Below, piece after piece: positions 22,633 to 35,415 of a stretch of DNA of 64,000 nucleotides. Location of the stretch: NCBI GenBank assembly GCA_030704615.1, contig CM060732.1:16368001-16432000 (forward strand), given 5' to 3'. The stretch comes from Takakia lepidozioides (taxonomy: Eukaryota > Plantae > Bryophyta). A model generated the notes under the pieces. That model searched no databases, was not told the DNA's origin, and saw nothing but the letters and a program-made list of their open reading frames with translations. Every line of letters begins with the position of its first letter. The stretch's first letter is position 1. The translations under genes were made by a program, and so were the position numbers.

Positions 22633-25289
22633 CTGGTTGTGGCAAACTGGGAGCAATATGTGTCAGAAGAAACCACTTATACAAATCTACAGCTTACAGG
22701 CTGTCTCTATCCTCAAAATTGGCAGCACATCACCCGCTGCTATGACATATATTGCCCTAGACACACATTGCCCTAACTGCCATCCCCCAAGATGCTACCC
22801 CCACCAGACTTCTCTCACTTGGGTCCTTGCAAGGCTGACTTCCAGCTTTGACTCTGTGCATGGGGCCTATCGGACAACATACACCAGCAAGCCCTCCCCC
22901 TATCCTGCATCAACTCATCTCAGTCTTATCAACTGCACAACGTATGATGGGGTGAGTGCAACATGGGAAAGAGCCACAACACATGATGAGCTGTAGGGAA
23001 GAAGCAACATCGTGCAAGTAAAGCAAATGATGAAGCAGAAAGACGAGGCAACATGGGAGAAGGGAAAATGGGGTCCAAGGGCTGAGAAGGTCAACTGGTC
23101 AACAATGAGGAACTGGCTCTGGAGCACTATGTTGATGATTAAAGGGAGCAGCAAATACATGTGGGGCATCGCAGCAAAGTGCATGCCAACGAGGGTCAGA
23201 ATAGTGCAAGAAAGACTCCACGGATGGTGGGCAGCCAAGGGAGATGCAGTGAGACAAGGCACTCATGGCAAGGGAGCTGCCAAGACAAAATGTTGATTAG
23301 GCTACGGAGAAAAAGGAAAGCACAAGATCAACTACGAGGAAAAGTAGCAATTCAAGCATGGGAGCTGCTGCTAAAACATGAGGAGGAAGACATACGAGGT
23401 GAAGCATCAAGGGAACCAGTAGGAGATGAGGAAGATGGAGCACACTTTCTTGTCAAAGGTTGGCGGCGAAGAATGCAACCCAGCAATCAGAAAGTGAGGC
23501 ACCCGAGGCTGGACTGCTGCAAAGAGGTACAAAGACAGGAGCTGAGAATGAGATGTTGCCTTTCGTTGAAGTTCCCCACACAAGGGCTGTTTGGCAAGCA
23601 AAACCCCAGGCAAGGATGAGAGGTGAATCTGGGATAAAACCAGCAGCTGGGAGTGAGGAAAGACACAAGGAAGGGCAGCAATACCTTGTCAAATCTGAGG
23701 GTGATGGCTGGAGAAAATTAAACAAGGACTGGAAGTATGGGAGCAGCAATCGCATGAAGAAAAATCTGCCTGAGAGGCTGAAGAGTGAAAGGGAGGAAGA
23801 CAGGCACCTCGCTTATGAAAAGTGGAAGGGCAGGGTAGAAAACCTGATGCCTGAAATTGATGGGAGCTCGTGGGAGACTCTGCCAAGAAGACTCCAATCA
23901 GCTGTTGCCAACAATCGGACCAGTGAAAGATCGCCCTTGGCTGGCGCAACACCACAAAATAAGTGCAGCCCTGATAGCATGGTGAGTGGGGCACCAACAG
24001 AGCCAGAAAATGAGGGAGAAGGAGGAGACTTCCCTGCCAAGAAAGTCAATGCGGGCCTGCAGTGGCATGCAAGGAAAGGGACACCGTAAGTGTTGCCAAC
24101 AGATGTAAATCAGTGCTCATTCATTCGAAAGCACCACGGGAGATGAAGGAAAAGACACCTGCAGGGACGTTGAAGCATAAAAGAGGAGAGCACTTCACTT
24201 GGGAAGAAAGTGAAGCATTGGAGAACGAGGCTGATGACTGGCAGTCTGAAAAGGAAAGGCGGTTGTGGGAAACCCTGCCAAGACCCAAGACAACCATATA
24301 GAGAGAATCAAGCAGGTGGGAACTGCCCTTCATTGGGGTGGTGCAAACAAGAGCAAGACCAAAGCTGAACCACATGAGAAGATAGTGTGTCATCACAGAT
24401 GGAGACCCTGGAAAATGCTCTGCCCAGGAGATGAAGAACATTAGGCAACTAGAAACGTGGGGGGCTGAATATGCTCTGCAGTCAACTTGGCTTGTTGAAT
24501 GCTTGCATAAGAGATGAGGGGTTGCTGTCAGTACACGGCATTGAGTTCATCAAATCCTACAACAGCCCACCATCGCTGCCCACTGCTTACAAACTGCCAC
24601 AAAAACAGTTTCACAGGACTTACAGATGATTGGTGGAAGGCAAGGCCCCTCGCCATGGGCCAGATTAATTGTATGTTGCAGCCCAGAACAACGACGGGAA
24701 GTCATCTAGGGCAGCAAACCCCATCTTGGCAGCGTCTTTTGTGTGAGAGAAGTCAAGCTGAACCTGCTCATCATATCGAGTGGGATGGACCAGATGTAAA
24801 GCTGCCAAGCCAACCACACTCATATTCGCACTCAAGCAACATAAGCTGGAGCCATTTTCAGATTATGAGTACCCGTGTTTTAAGAATACTCCTTCTTCAA
24901 CTTGCGGTGAACGGGCAGAAAACTTCACAATGTGCAGCAGATTAATGGACCAAGATGCGGAGCTGAATTGGGTATCCAGTTAGGCAATGCTGGTTTCAAA
25001 ACCCCGTTCCATCCCTGCGTTTCGAAGATCTGGCTTGAATGGGCACACTCCGGCAGTGGAAGGCTCACGGAGTAATGAGTTTGGGCTGATATGCATGCTG
25101 ACATGCCATGCCGGTGCAAAGAACAACGTTCTGAGTGGCGATTGTGATCTCAAAATCTGCCCCTGCATTCAAGCTGATTTCTCTCTCGAGCAGAGCCGCC
25201 TTGTGGATGTTCCAGCCAGTGTCCAAAAACAGCTCAAGTGCAAGACAACAACATCAGCAAGGCATGGTTAGCTAAGCAAGGTCATGGTG

Positions 25290-26120
25290 GAGAGGCATTT
25301 GAACTCTCTGAACGTAATGTGGTCGGACTTCACCCCCTCCCACATCAACTGCTCATAGGTCTCCAAAACCTGCAATCCCCGCCCCTGTTGTGCATGTCCT
25401 GCGATCATCACTTTCCACGACACCACATTTCGCTCAGCCATATTGTTGAACACTCCCTATCTAGAAGGGTATTCATGTTCAGAATGACATCTACCACAAT
25501 TCCAGCTTTGACGATGCAACCATGGACCTCTTTGCCCTTCTCCAACAGGCTCGCACATGCACTACAAACACAAACAAACGTAATGTGCTCGGGCTTCACC
25601 CCCTAGACCCACATCATTTGCTCATAGGTCTCCAAAACCCGCAATCCCCGCCCATGTTGTGCATGTCCTGCGATCATCACGTTCCACCACACCACATTTC
25701 GCTCAGCCATATTGTTAAACACTCCTTGTCCACAAGGGAATGCTCCCACGTTTGGCATACATGTCGACGAGGTATTGTTACATCTGGTACAGTTCCAGCT
25801 TTGACAATGTCACGATGGACCTCTTTGCCCTTTACCAAGTCTCCAGGGCTGCCAGGTTTGCACATGCATTGCAAACACAAATGAACGTGACCCGGTCAGG
25901 CTGCACCTCTTCTCAACATTTGCTCATATGTCTCCAATGCCCTCATCCCGCACACATGCTGGCCATATCTTGCGAGATTCAGCGTGTTCCTTGAGACAAC
26001 ATCTTGTTCAGCCATGTTATCAAACTCTCCCTTCGCAACTTCATAGGTCTCCAAAGCCTCCATCCCACGTCCCTGCTGTGCATACCCTGCAAGCATCGCA
26101 CTCCACGACACTACATCTCG
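25290..26120 (-). pseudogene. Scrambled tandem PLS-class PPR fragments
   Basis: Repeated MAERNVVSW..M.AG.AQQGRG...LETYEQM...GVK.DHITF motifs with frameshifts. Confidence 0.88.
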
Positions 26121-28572
26121 GCAAAACAGGCTGAAATAGCTCGAAGAAGAAGGTGCCCTCACCACATTGTCCTCTACCTTGTGTCATGACCCATTGCGGA
26201 TTAGACTGACCATGAACCCAAGAAGACCTCTTGTGCGTGCTGCTTGTATCTCTAGTCAGGTAATGTGGGATTGGTTCGTAAGAACCACCACGGTGCAGCT
26301 GAGCGGGCAGAGATTAAAATATGGGTTGCTAAGACCAAGCTGATTCCCCCAAGAACCTTGTGATCATCAGGAAGAATACCAAATCATGGTACAAAGGGGA
26401 GCCAAGAGCCCACATTTGCACATAATGCGCCCTTGACGCCATAAACGCTTGCAACAACAGGACATGGGCCTCGATTTGGTCTTCGTCCTTCTCGCATCAC
26501 TTGTTCGTCTCTCTCTCAAGCCTCCATCCCTCTCCCAACACTTAGACAAATTCAGGCAAAAGACAAAGTTACTCTTCCACCCTTAGATCATTTTACATCC
26601 GACGATTAGAACAATCTCTACGAGCCACACAAGCCCTAAAATACATTAAAATATTCCACGTCATGAGCCATGTGGAGCACTTATAAAAATTCCATTTTTG
26701 AATAGGGTGTGCAATGAATGCCTAGTTGTTAAGAGTCGTTCTCTAGTGCTTAAAACCACTTGTAATTGCTGTTTTTTAAAAAAAAAACAATTTACGTAAT
26801 TGAATTAAATCGCCGCGAATATTGTGCCGACTGCGGAGTCATTGATGCAACTTCTATCCGCCATTAGAAATGTGAATTTATCCGTTACGACTGTGCAGTA
26901 GTAACAAACATCTCAAAGTTGTTCCCTCAGTGGTTTTGGACATGCAGTCGATTCGGAAAAGACACGAATGCTTCTAGTGAAGAGGACCAAAACTGCAGGG
27001 GCGGGGAACATGGGAAGAGAGCGTTGTGTAGGACGAGTAAAACACCATGCTAGGTCGAAAAAGAAATCCCTATAAATGCATGAGCTGGCCGGTATACAAC
27101 CATCTTGGACTCTGCAACCTCCATCAATCCTATTCAGCTCCCTGATATGCAACCATGTTTGATTCTGCAACACACAGATGTTTACATGTCAATCTAACAA
27201 GGTAAGTAGTATGAAAAAACAAACATGAAGTTGAAGCTAAGTTTAATATGCGAAAGCTACTATAGTTACAGATCCTTATCACATGGGATTTGGTGCAGCC
27301 TACGCCAATCCTCTACTTCAGCTTTCAAAACAACAAACAACAAACAAGAAAGAAGAACAACAAGAAAAAACAACAAAAGAAGAACAACAAGAGGAAGAAG
27401 AGAAGAAGAAAACCCCCTGTACGCATTGTATGCAAGACGGTCATCCCCAGAGAATCACAAATGCCATAGAGCGCACATGATTCAGGCCCTGTCCCCTCGT
27501 GGAACCACCCCCAGCGCAACCCGGTGTGCGGGGCTCCACCTAGTGAGCGCCTCTGCCTCCTTGAGTGCCTTGGGCACTCAAGGGTGCTTCAGCCCCCGTA
27601 CCAATTGTTGTCACTGCCCCCACCATAGGGGCAGCCCCTCTCGTGTCCCGACCCCCTGGGCCGCGACACACACCCCCACCAACAGGGAGTCGATGTCCTC
27701 ATCGACTTGTCCATTTTGTAGAAACTAACATCCAAGTTGTGGCGTCCCACATCAAAGGAGTTTGTTTCCGTACCATGGCATCCCATGGCAAAGAACCAAA
27801 CCCCCACTTGACTCTACTCTCCACTAGCTAGTTTGGCTGACTTCCTCCAAGTCGCGGCCAAGGGTGGAGCCTCTCAAGCTCCACCCAGTGCACTCTTCTT
27901 GGCCCACTTCAAGGCCAAGGAACCATCCTCCCCGAGGATTCGCCTTACTGCAACAACATTGCTTGCGATCGCTCATGATGCCGCTTTTTGGCATCATCTT
28001 GAGCAATGGTTCACTTTGAACCCTTTTTTACTAGGAAGATAACCTTGAACCAACCGCGCGCCCCTATCACTACAATTGGGTCCGCCTTGGAATAATGGTC
28101 TGAGGTACGGGAACACGCCGAAGCCGCACTACGACTTCGTCCTGAGGTTACACGATTATAGTACGTGAACGGAGGCACGTAGCTTCCGCGTTAGTCCGCA
28201 CTACAAGACAACCCCCTCAGGAGCGCAGTTATAGTACGCGCACGCGCCAGGTGCGCACTAGCTCGTGAACTCCCAAAGAAGGCGCAAGTTTCCTTGCCCC
28301 TTGGATGGGTGTCGTCCGATTTCGGCACTACGCAAACACACGATTAATCCAATTTACCTCTCCCACTTTTGTAAGTTAGCATATATTCTACACACTAGCC
28401 AACCATACCATGCATTACCATTCCAAACAAAATAGGAAGCACAACATTTGGAAATCATTTCATTTATAACAAAATTTATACAACACAAGGTTTTGCAATC
28501 GGATTCCTGAGCTAGCTAAGCCGGGCTAAGCATGCATTTCCTCCCCCACGATCCAAGGTTGATGTCCCCATC

Positions 28573-31489
28573 AACGCTTCTTCCGCTTTTGAGGTCGCCC
28601 TTCGAAAGCTGCAACCGCCTCGGATGCGTTTCCCATTTCTGAGGCACGCACCCAAGTTGTCTCCACTTGATGATAGCCCTTCCATTTCACGAGATACTCC
28701 GTTTCTCAATTCTTGAACCTCCTCGACTTAAGCATTGCCTCCACTTCATACTCAGGTTCATTTTCATGATCCAACAGCACAAGTGGCGGACGCAACACTT
28801 GATGCCGATTCGGACGTGCTTCATCTTTGAAGTAAGGCTTCAAAAGGGAGACGTGGAATACCGGATGTACCTTGTTGTTTGCCGGCACCTCCAATTCATA
28901 CACATCCTCATTCATAACCTTCCAGATGCGAAAAGGCCCCGCATATGGAGGTACGAACTTCGGACTCACTTCCGGAGGTTGTCGAAAATTCTTGATGTTC
29001 AACCAGACCTCCGTGCCTGCCTCAAACTTAACTTCCCTCCGTTTTCGATTCGCCTGTCGTTCATACCGTTTCCTAGCTTTGGCAATGTTGTACTTTGCGA
29101 GCTCCAACAAACGCTCGCGTTCTTCCAACACCGCAGCTACTGCCGGTTCCTCAACGTCCTGGGCGGCCCAACTTGTCGGCACCAAAGGTGCTTTTCCATA
29201 GACCAATACGAAAGGGGAAACTCTCATTGCGGAGTGTTCTGTGTTATTATAACAGAACTCTGCCGCGTCTAAGTGTTCCACCCAGTCTGTTTGGTCTGCC
29301 GACACGTAATTCCGCAAGATCTGCTTCACTACGGAATTCACTCTTTTCGTTTGGCCGTCGGTCGTAGGTCGGAAGGCGGTGCCCATCTTCAGCCTCGTCC
29401 CCATCTTCTTCCAAAGTGCCCTCCAAAATTTACTCGTAAACTTTGGATCGCGGTCCGAGACAATATCCTTCGGGACTCCATGATGCTTTAAGACGTGGGC
29501 GAAGTAAAGTTGCCCTGTTTCCTGTGCCGTTGTCGTCTCCTTGGTGGGGATGAAATGGCTCATTTTACTGAACCTATCCACCACCACCATGATTGCATCG
29601 AATCCTTTTGACAGCGGCATATCAGTCATGAAATCCATCGAGATATTTTCCCAAGACCCCTCTGGAATCGGCAAGGGTTGTAACAGCCCCGCTTGCTTTT
29701 TGTACTTGCTCCGCTTTTGTTGGCATGTGGTGCATGTCTTGACATACTCCTCGGCCTCCTCCCTCAGTTTGGGCCAGAAATACTCTTTCTTCAAGAGTGC
29801 CGCGGTGCGCTTGGCTCCGCCATGGCCCGCAAGCGGGCCATCGTGGCATTCCCTCAAGAGACTATCTCTGATCCCTTCTTTCGGCACGTAGAGACGCTTT
29901 TGCTTGTACCAGAGCAGTCCATTGTGCAAGTGGAACTGCGATTTAACCCCCATCCTCAAGTCCCGCATCACGGACTTCGCCATCTCATCCTTCCAGTAAG
30001 CCTTCCGGATCTTCTTTTGGAGCGCCGTCTCGCCTCTGTACACCAACATGAGCTGCTGCTTTCTACTTAAAGCATCGGCCACCACATTGTTCCGTCCCAG
30101 TTTGTACTGGATATCCACGTCGAACACCGCCAAAGTATCTTGCCACCTAAGTTGTTTTGGGGACAACTTAGGCTGCGTGGCAAAATACTTCACCGTGACA
30201 TTGTCCGTGAACACCTTCACTGGGTTGGAACCAACATAGTGGCGCCAAAGCTCAAGACAGTGCACCACCGCCTTCATCTCTTTCTCGTGCGTCGGCCACC
30301 GTCGCTCCACTTCATTCAGGTTCTTACTTTCGTAAGCCACTGGGCGTCCATCTTGCATCAGTACACCCCCAATTGCGAAGTCCGACGCATCTGTATGAAT
30401 CTCGAACGGACGATCGAACTCCGGGATTTTCAAGACTGGAGCTTCCGCCATCCGCTGCTTCAATTCAGCAAAAGCTTGGCCACAAAAGGTGTTCCATGCC
30501 CAGACTTTGGATTTACACCGAAGGTCTGACAGCGGCCCCGCGATCTTGGCGAAATTTCTCACATACTTCCGGTAGTAGGAGGCGAGTCCTAGGAAGGATC
30601 GCACTCCCGGGACCGAAGTCGGAGGCTCCCAGTCCAAGATTGCCCTCACCTTCCTGTCATCCATTCTGATCCCATCCTGTGTAATCACATGCCCCAGGAA
30701 CTCCAATTTTGTGACCCCGAATTCGCACTTTGAAGCTTTGGCATACAGCCTCCCTTCCCGCAATTTCTGGAACACCCTGTTGAGGTGCTCCAGGTGCTCC
30801 TCCTTTGTTTTCAAATACACCAAGATGTCGTCGATGTACACGATCACAAAGTCATCCAACCACTCCTGGAAAAGGCTGTTCATCAGCGTGCTAAAGGTCG
30901 CGGGAGCATTGGTGAGTCCAAAAGGCATCACCAAGAACTCATATGAACCATACCTTGTCCTGCACGCAGTCTTCTCCTCATCTCCTTCCGCCACTCGAAT
31001 TTGATGATAGCCGGAGCGCAGATCGATCCGGTTGAAATACTTCGCTCCTGCCAACCGATCGAAAAGGTCGTCGATCCTTGGCAAAGGGTACCGGTTTTTT
31101 ATAGTCACCTTATTCAAAGCCCTGTAATCGACACACATCCGCAGCGTCCCATCCTTTTTGTCTGCAAATAGCACCGGGGCTCCGTAAGGTGACTTACTCG
31201 GCCGGATGTACCCCTTTGACATTAGATCTTTGAGCTGAGTCTTCAGCTCGACTAACTCTCTGTGGCTCAACCGGTAGGGCGCCTTGGCAGGCGGTTCCGA
31301 TCCCGGTATCACCTCAATCTTGTGGTCAACTCCTCTTCGCGGTGGCAAGCCGCTTGGTAAATCCTCCGGCATCACATCCTGGTATTTCTCCAAAATCCCC
31401 TTGATCCAATCTGGGCTCGGCTCCCCATCGCCTTCTCCCTTCACTTCTCTAATATAGAGCAAAAACTGGGGCTCGTGTGCCTCCTCCAC
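28573..31489 (-). CDS. RT-RNase H-integrase-chromodomain of element C (frameshift in the chromodomain at ~28706)
   Basis: [36 protein letters not shown], then EYEVEAML..R..(EYLVKWKGY). Confidence 0.93.
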
Positions 31490-31519
31490 GGCCCACTCCT
31501 TTGCTGACAGGAGGTTTAT

Positions 31520-31909
31520 TCACCCTCCCACGGGTTTGGGCGTTTCCGACACTCGTAAGACCTCGCCACTATTCCCACATGGTAGCGTGACTACTCTCTT
31601 GCGGCCATCTATGACCGCTCCAGATTTGCTCAAAAATGTCATCCCCAAAATGAGATCCACTCCATCGATCTCGCAGATGGTGAAGTTCTCACGTCCCTCC
31701 CAACTCCCCAGTTGAAGAGGAACATCAAATGCCAACCTTGTCGCCAATTGCGGTTCTCCTTTGGCAGAACGCACCTCAATAGAGGCCCCCACGTCACTTG
31801 TCGGGAGTCCCAGCTTTTGTGTTGTTGCCGGTGTCATGAAGGAGTGCGACGCTCCTGTGTCCACCAACAACGACACGTTAGTTCCGGATATTATTCCATC
31901 CACAAACAA
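31520..31909 (-). CDS. Aspartic protease of element C
   Basis: LVDTGASHSF and DLILGMTFL motifs. Confidence 0.9.
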   Translation of the reverse strand: MFVDGIISGTNVSLLVDTGASHSFMTPATTQKLGLPTSDVGASIEVRSAKGEPQLATRLAFDVPLQLGSWEGRENFTICEIDGVDLILGMTFLSKSGAVIDGRKRVVTLPCGNSGEVLRVSETPKPVGG

Positions 31910-31927
31910 TGATTGACCCCCTTTACG

Positions 31928-32865
31928 TCAGGCGCCAGTTTCCTGATACAACTCACAAGAAAATTTGCCTACCTTGCAAGTCCTGGCGACCACCGCTTCC
32001 ACCAAGCGACTGATGGTATCTTCCGACAGCTCTGTGGTCGCCCGAGTCATGTTCAATTGCCGGGGCTTCGTGCACTTTTTGGCCATGTGCCCGGGCTCCC
32101 CGCAATTGAAACACACTCCATCAAAGGTCGCCTTCTGTCCGCCATAGGCCGCTCCACCCGCTTTTCCTTTCGAAGCACCGGGTGCCGCCTTGACTTGTGA
32201 AGGCCCTCCCTTTTATTTCCACGTGCCATTGTCGCCGCGTGGTCTATCCCACTTCTTTTCCGGTCGGAAGGAGTCACCTTCCCGCCGGGTCTTCTTGTGG
32301 TTCAGCTCCGTACGGCCTTGTCTTTCTTAGGGACATCCGAGAAACATTCAGCCCTCTCAATTGCCTCGTTCAAAGTCTTAGGTGGCTTCTCCTCCAACTT
32401 CTGCCTGGCCCATGGGGCCAGTCCCGCCACAAAGTTGAAGACCATTTCTGGTTCTGCCATGTCCGCGACTTCGAGCAACAGCACATTGAAAGCCTGGACA
32501 TATCCCCGAATGTCATCTGTTTGCCTCAAATTCCTCATCTTGTCCCGGGCAAGCAAGGACGCGTTGAGGGGCACAAATTGCCTCTTCATCAATTCCTTGA
32601 ACCCACTCCAGTTCAAGGTTTCCGGGCTTGGACCTCGGTCGTGAAGGCGTTTCTGCCACCATTGTTGAGCATAGCCCCTCAAATAGGTGGGAGCCACTTC
32701 CACCCGATCCTCGTCACTCAACTTGGCTGCCCGGAAGTACTGCTCCAGCTCCAAGAGCCAGGTGTTGAGTGCCTTCCGATTTCGGACGCCCTCGAAGGTG
32801 CCGAGTTCCTTAGGCTTCACCTTAAACTTTGCCTTAGTGGAAGTGACATTAGCCGCCTTCAACAA
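31928..32865 (-). pseudogene. Gag of element C (fragmented)
   Basis: PKELGTFEG..W..ELEQYF..YLRGYAQQWW core and CFNCGEPGHMAKKC knuckle. Confidence 0.88.
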
Positions 32866-33171
32866 CCACGGCCCTTATGGACTGTGATCAGTCCCAAGAC
32901 TCCCCACGACTCCCACCACGAGGTCTCCGCCCCAGGGTGAGTCCTATGCCACCCCCACTACGTCCCGCTAAGCTACCACCACCCTTGTGGAGCCACCCCA
33001 CCGCAACCCGGTGTGCGGGGCTCCACCTAGTGAGCGCCTCCGCCTCCTTGAGTGCCTTGGGCACTCAAGGGTGCTTCAGCCCCCCATACCTATCGCTGCC
33101 ACTGCCCCCACCACAGGGGCAGCCCCTCTTGTGTCCCGACCCCCCTGCCCTCAAGGCAAAGGGCCGCGACA

Positions 33172-33746
33172 GCCGGGCTAAGCATGCATTTCCTCCCCCA
33201 CGATCCAAGGTTGATGTCCCCATCAACGCTTCTTCCAATTTTGAGGTCGCCCTTCGAAAGCTGCAACCGCCTCGGATGCGTTTCCCATTTCTGAGGTACG
33301 AACCCAAGTTGCCTCCACTTGATGATAGCCCTTCCATTTCACGAGATACTCCGTTTCTCGATTCTTGAACCTCCTCGACTGAAGCATTGCCTCCACTTCG
33401 TACTCAGGTTCATTTTCATGATCCAACAGCACAAGTGGCGGACGCAACACTTGATGCCGATTCGGACGCGCTTCATCTTTGAAGTAAGGCTTCAAAAGAG
33501 AGACGTGGAATACCGGATGTACCTTGATGTTTGCCGGCACCTCCAATTCATACACATCCTCATTCATAATCTTCCGGATGCGAAAGGGCCCCGCATACGG
33601 AGGTACGAACTTCGGACTCACTTCCGGAGGTTGTCAAAAATTCTTGATGTTCAACCAGACCTCCGTGCCTGCCTCAAACTTAACTTCCCTCCGTTTTCGA
33701 TTCGCCTGTCGTTCATACCGTTTCCTAGCTTTGGCAATGTTGTACT
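33172..33746 (-). pseudogene. Second copy of element C's integrase C-terminus and intact chromodomain
   Basis: Near-identical to 28520-29095; [34 protein letters not shown]. Confidence 0.9.
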
Positions 33747-34295
33747 GTCGCGCGGCTTTTACTCACCCATCCCTTCACTATTCGAGGCGGAAACTCCAAG
33801 ATAGAAGAGTTGGAAATCTCTAAGTACTCAGCGGGGGCTGCTATTTCATGAGCCATGAGCCATGAGCGGCATGAGCCATGAGCAGAGTCGTAAGTGTGGA
33901 AAAAAACATGAGCATCACTATTTTCCGGAAATGAGTGTCCGCGGGAATAGGGTTTAGGGTGCCACGGTCATAGGGGGAGAAGGACCTCCCGATGAAGGAG
34001 GTTCGGCAATGTTATTTAGAATTATATATTGAAAGGCAATGTTTCGCGAATGGTAGGGTGGTACTGCTCTGTACAATGGGGGCCCATTTCAGCCTACCAG
34101 CCACTTGCAAAATCCACCCACATTCCCAATCCCAAACGAAATGAGCAATGACGCATTCTGGGAACGATGGACACAGAATAGAATAAAAAGAGGGCACAAT
34201 GAGGTTTTTATTGATCCACATGAATTGCATTTGAAGCACGTCTATTGTGCTAATTGTGCAATCAAATCTTTAGCCCTGTGCCTACTGAATACAAG

Positions 34296-34859
34296 TCACG
34301 TTGTCAATGGGACTTCGACTGCTCTCAGAACTAGCTCATGAGTCATGGGGCTCCTCCATGTAAAGTCGATTGCAGCCGTTGTACCGCCCCTAGTGATGTT
34401 CACCACAATGTCCTGCCCTTCAATCATACCACCATCGAATATGGAAATCTTCACATTTTCGTCGTCCACACCAATGCGAATGTCCCCATACAATGGAGAA
34501 GAGGAGCGCACTCCTTGAGGAGAATAGGTCTCTCCGATGGAGTCCACCCACGTCCAGTGGCAGCAGTTCCACCGCAACAGCATAGCAGTGCGCCTTCTTC
34601 TGCATGGGTGACCGTCGTAGCTGGGAAAATCGGAATCGAGGATGCGCAGGAGCCACGGACTCCTCAGACCAAGATCGTCACCCCGCTCGAAGGCGTAGTG
34701 GCCTAGGATATACTCAAAAGCCACCAATGTTTCCACAATCGAACCAGTATCTTCTGTGTAATCTGTGTACCAGATAACAATGTCTCCCGATGTGGCCGAA
34801 TACATTGCATAATCGATGCCTCCAAATGGGCAGTCGTCCCGGTTCCGGAAGCACGGCAT
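34296..34859 (-). CDS. Unknown ~187-aa protein, paralogue 1 (ORF extends to 35132)
   Basis: Aligns end to end with 35416-35994 (MPC.RN..DCP..G.DYAM, RWNCC.WT, YGDIR, DGG.I.G.DIVV, ELVLR..EVP). Confidence 0.72.
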   Translation of the reverse strand: MPCFRNRDDCPFGGIDYAMYSATSGDIVIWYTDYTEDTGSIVETLVAFEYILGHYAFERGDDLGLRSPWLLRILDSDFPSYDGHPCRRRRTAMLLRWNCCHWTWVDSIGETYSPQGVRSSSPLYGDIRIGVDDENVKISIFDGGMIEGQDIVVNITRGGTTAAIDFTWRSPMTHELVLRAVEVPLTT

Positions 34860-35415
34860 CCTTGCAAAGGAGGACCTGAGGACGACTTGGATGCAGATGA
34901 CAATGACCTTGCGGACAGCTACGAAGCCCTTAGATTTTGGAAATGATGCGAAGCGGAAGAGCAGTCCGGCCTCCAATAATGGAGCATCTGGGTCCCACGT
35001 ACCCACCGACGGAGGTGGAACGTGTTCATCACGCCGGCGGTGGATGAACCCATACATCTTTCTCATCAACAAGTTATAGTTTGAGATCTGCCACCGAAGT
35101 CCATCCCCCCGGATGGAAATTCGGCGCCGCATTTACATCGAAGAGGGGATGGACTTCGTCGTGTCCAGTGGCTATCGGCCCACCTGGCAATGAGTGCCCA
35201 TAGTTTGCATGGCAGGGTAGGAAACTGAAACGGCTACATTCATGAAGCAGCCAATCTTCATCGGTCCAGGATCCTGTAGGGGGGAAATTTAAATGTGCCC
35301 TGGAGTGTTTGTGAGGAATTGCAGCGTTAGCTTGAACTTTTTCCAGCCACCGCGCTGCTCCTCCTCCATCCGGGAGCTGCTGTCATTGAGCATACTCCGC
35401 TACTCTTTTTCAAGG

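Larger units (their letters stand above)
20545..26979. mobile_element. Non-autonomous CACTA (Pack-CACTA) element carrying PPR fragments
   Basis: 19-bp TIR CACTAGAAGCATTCGTGTC (20545-20563) / GACACGAATGCTTCTAGTG (26961-26979); 3-bp TSD AAG on both sides; no transposase. Confidence 0.92.
27490..33171 (-). mobile_element. Element C: chromovirus (Ty3/Gypsy with chromodomain), short ~180-bp LTRs
   Basis: LTR-like repeats at 27490-27668 and ~32982-33171, both starting TGTCGCGGCCC on the minus strand; PPT-like GGTGGGGGTGTG; gag-PR-RT-RH-INT-chromo order. No clean TSD. Confidence 0.82.

Noticed and set aside
20545-26979. Helitron 3' ends (hairpin plus CTAG|T)
   Set aside because: The two ends form a 19-bp TIR starting CACTA with a perfect AAG TSD, which CACTA explains better.
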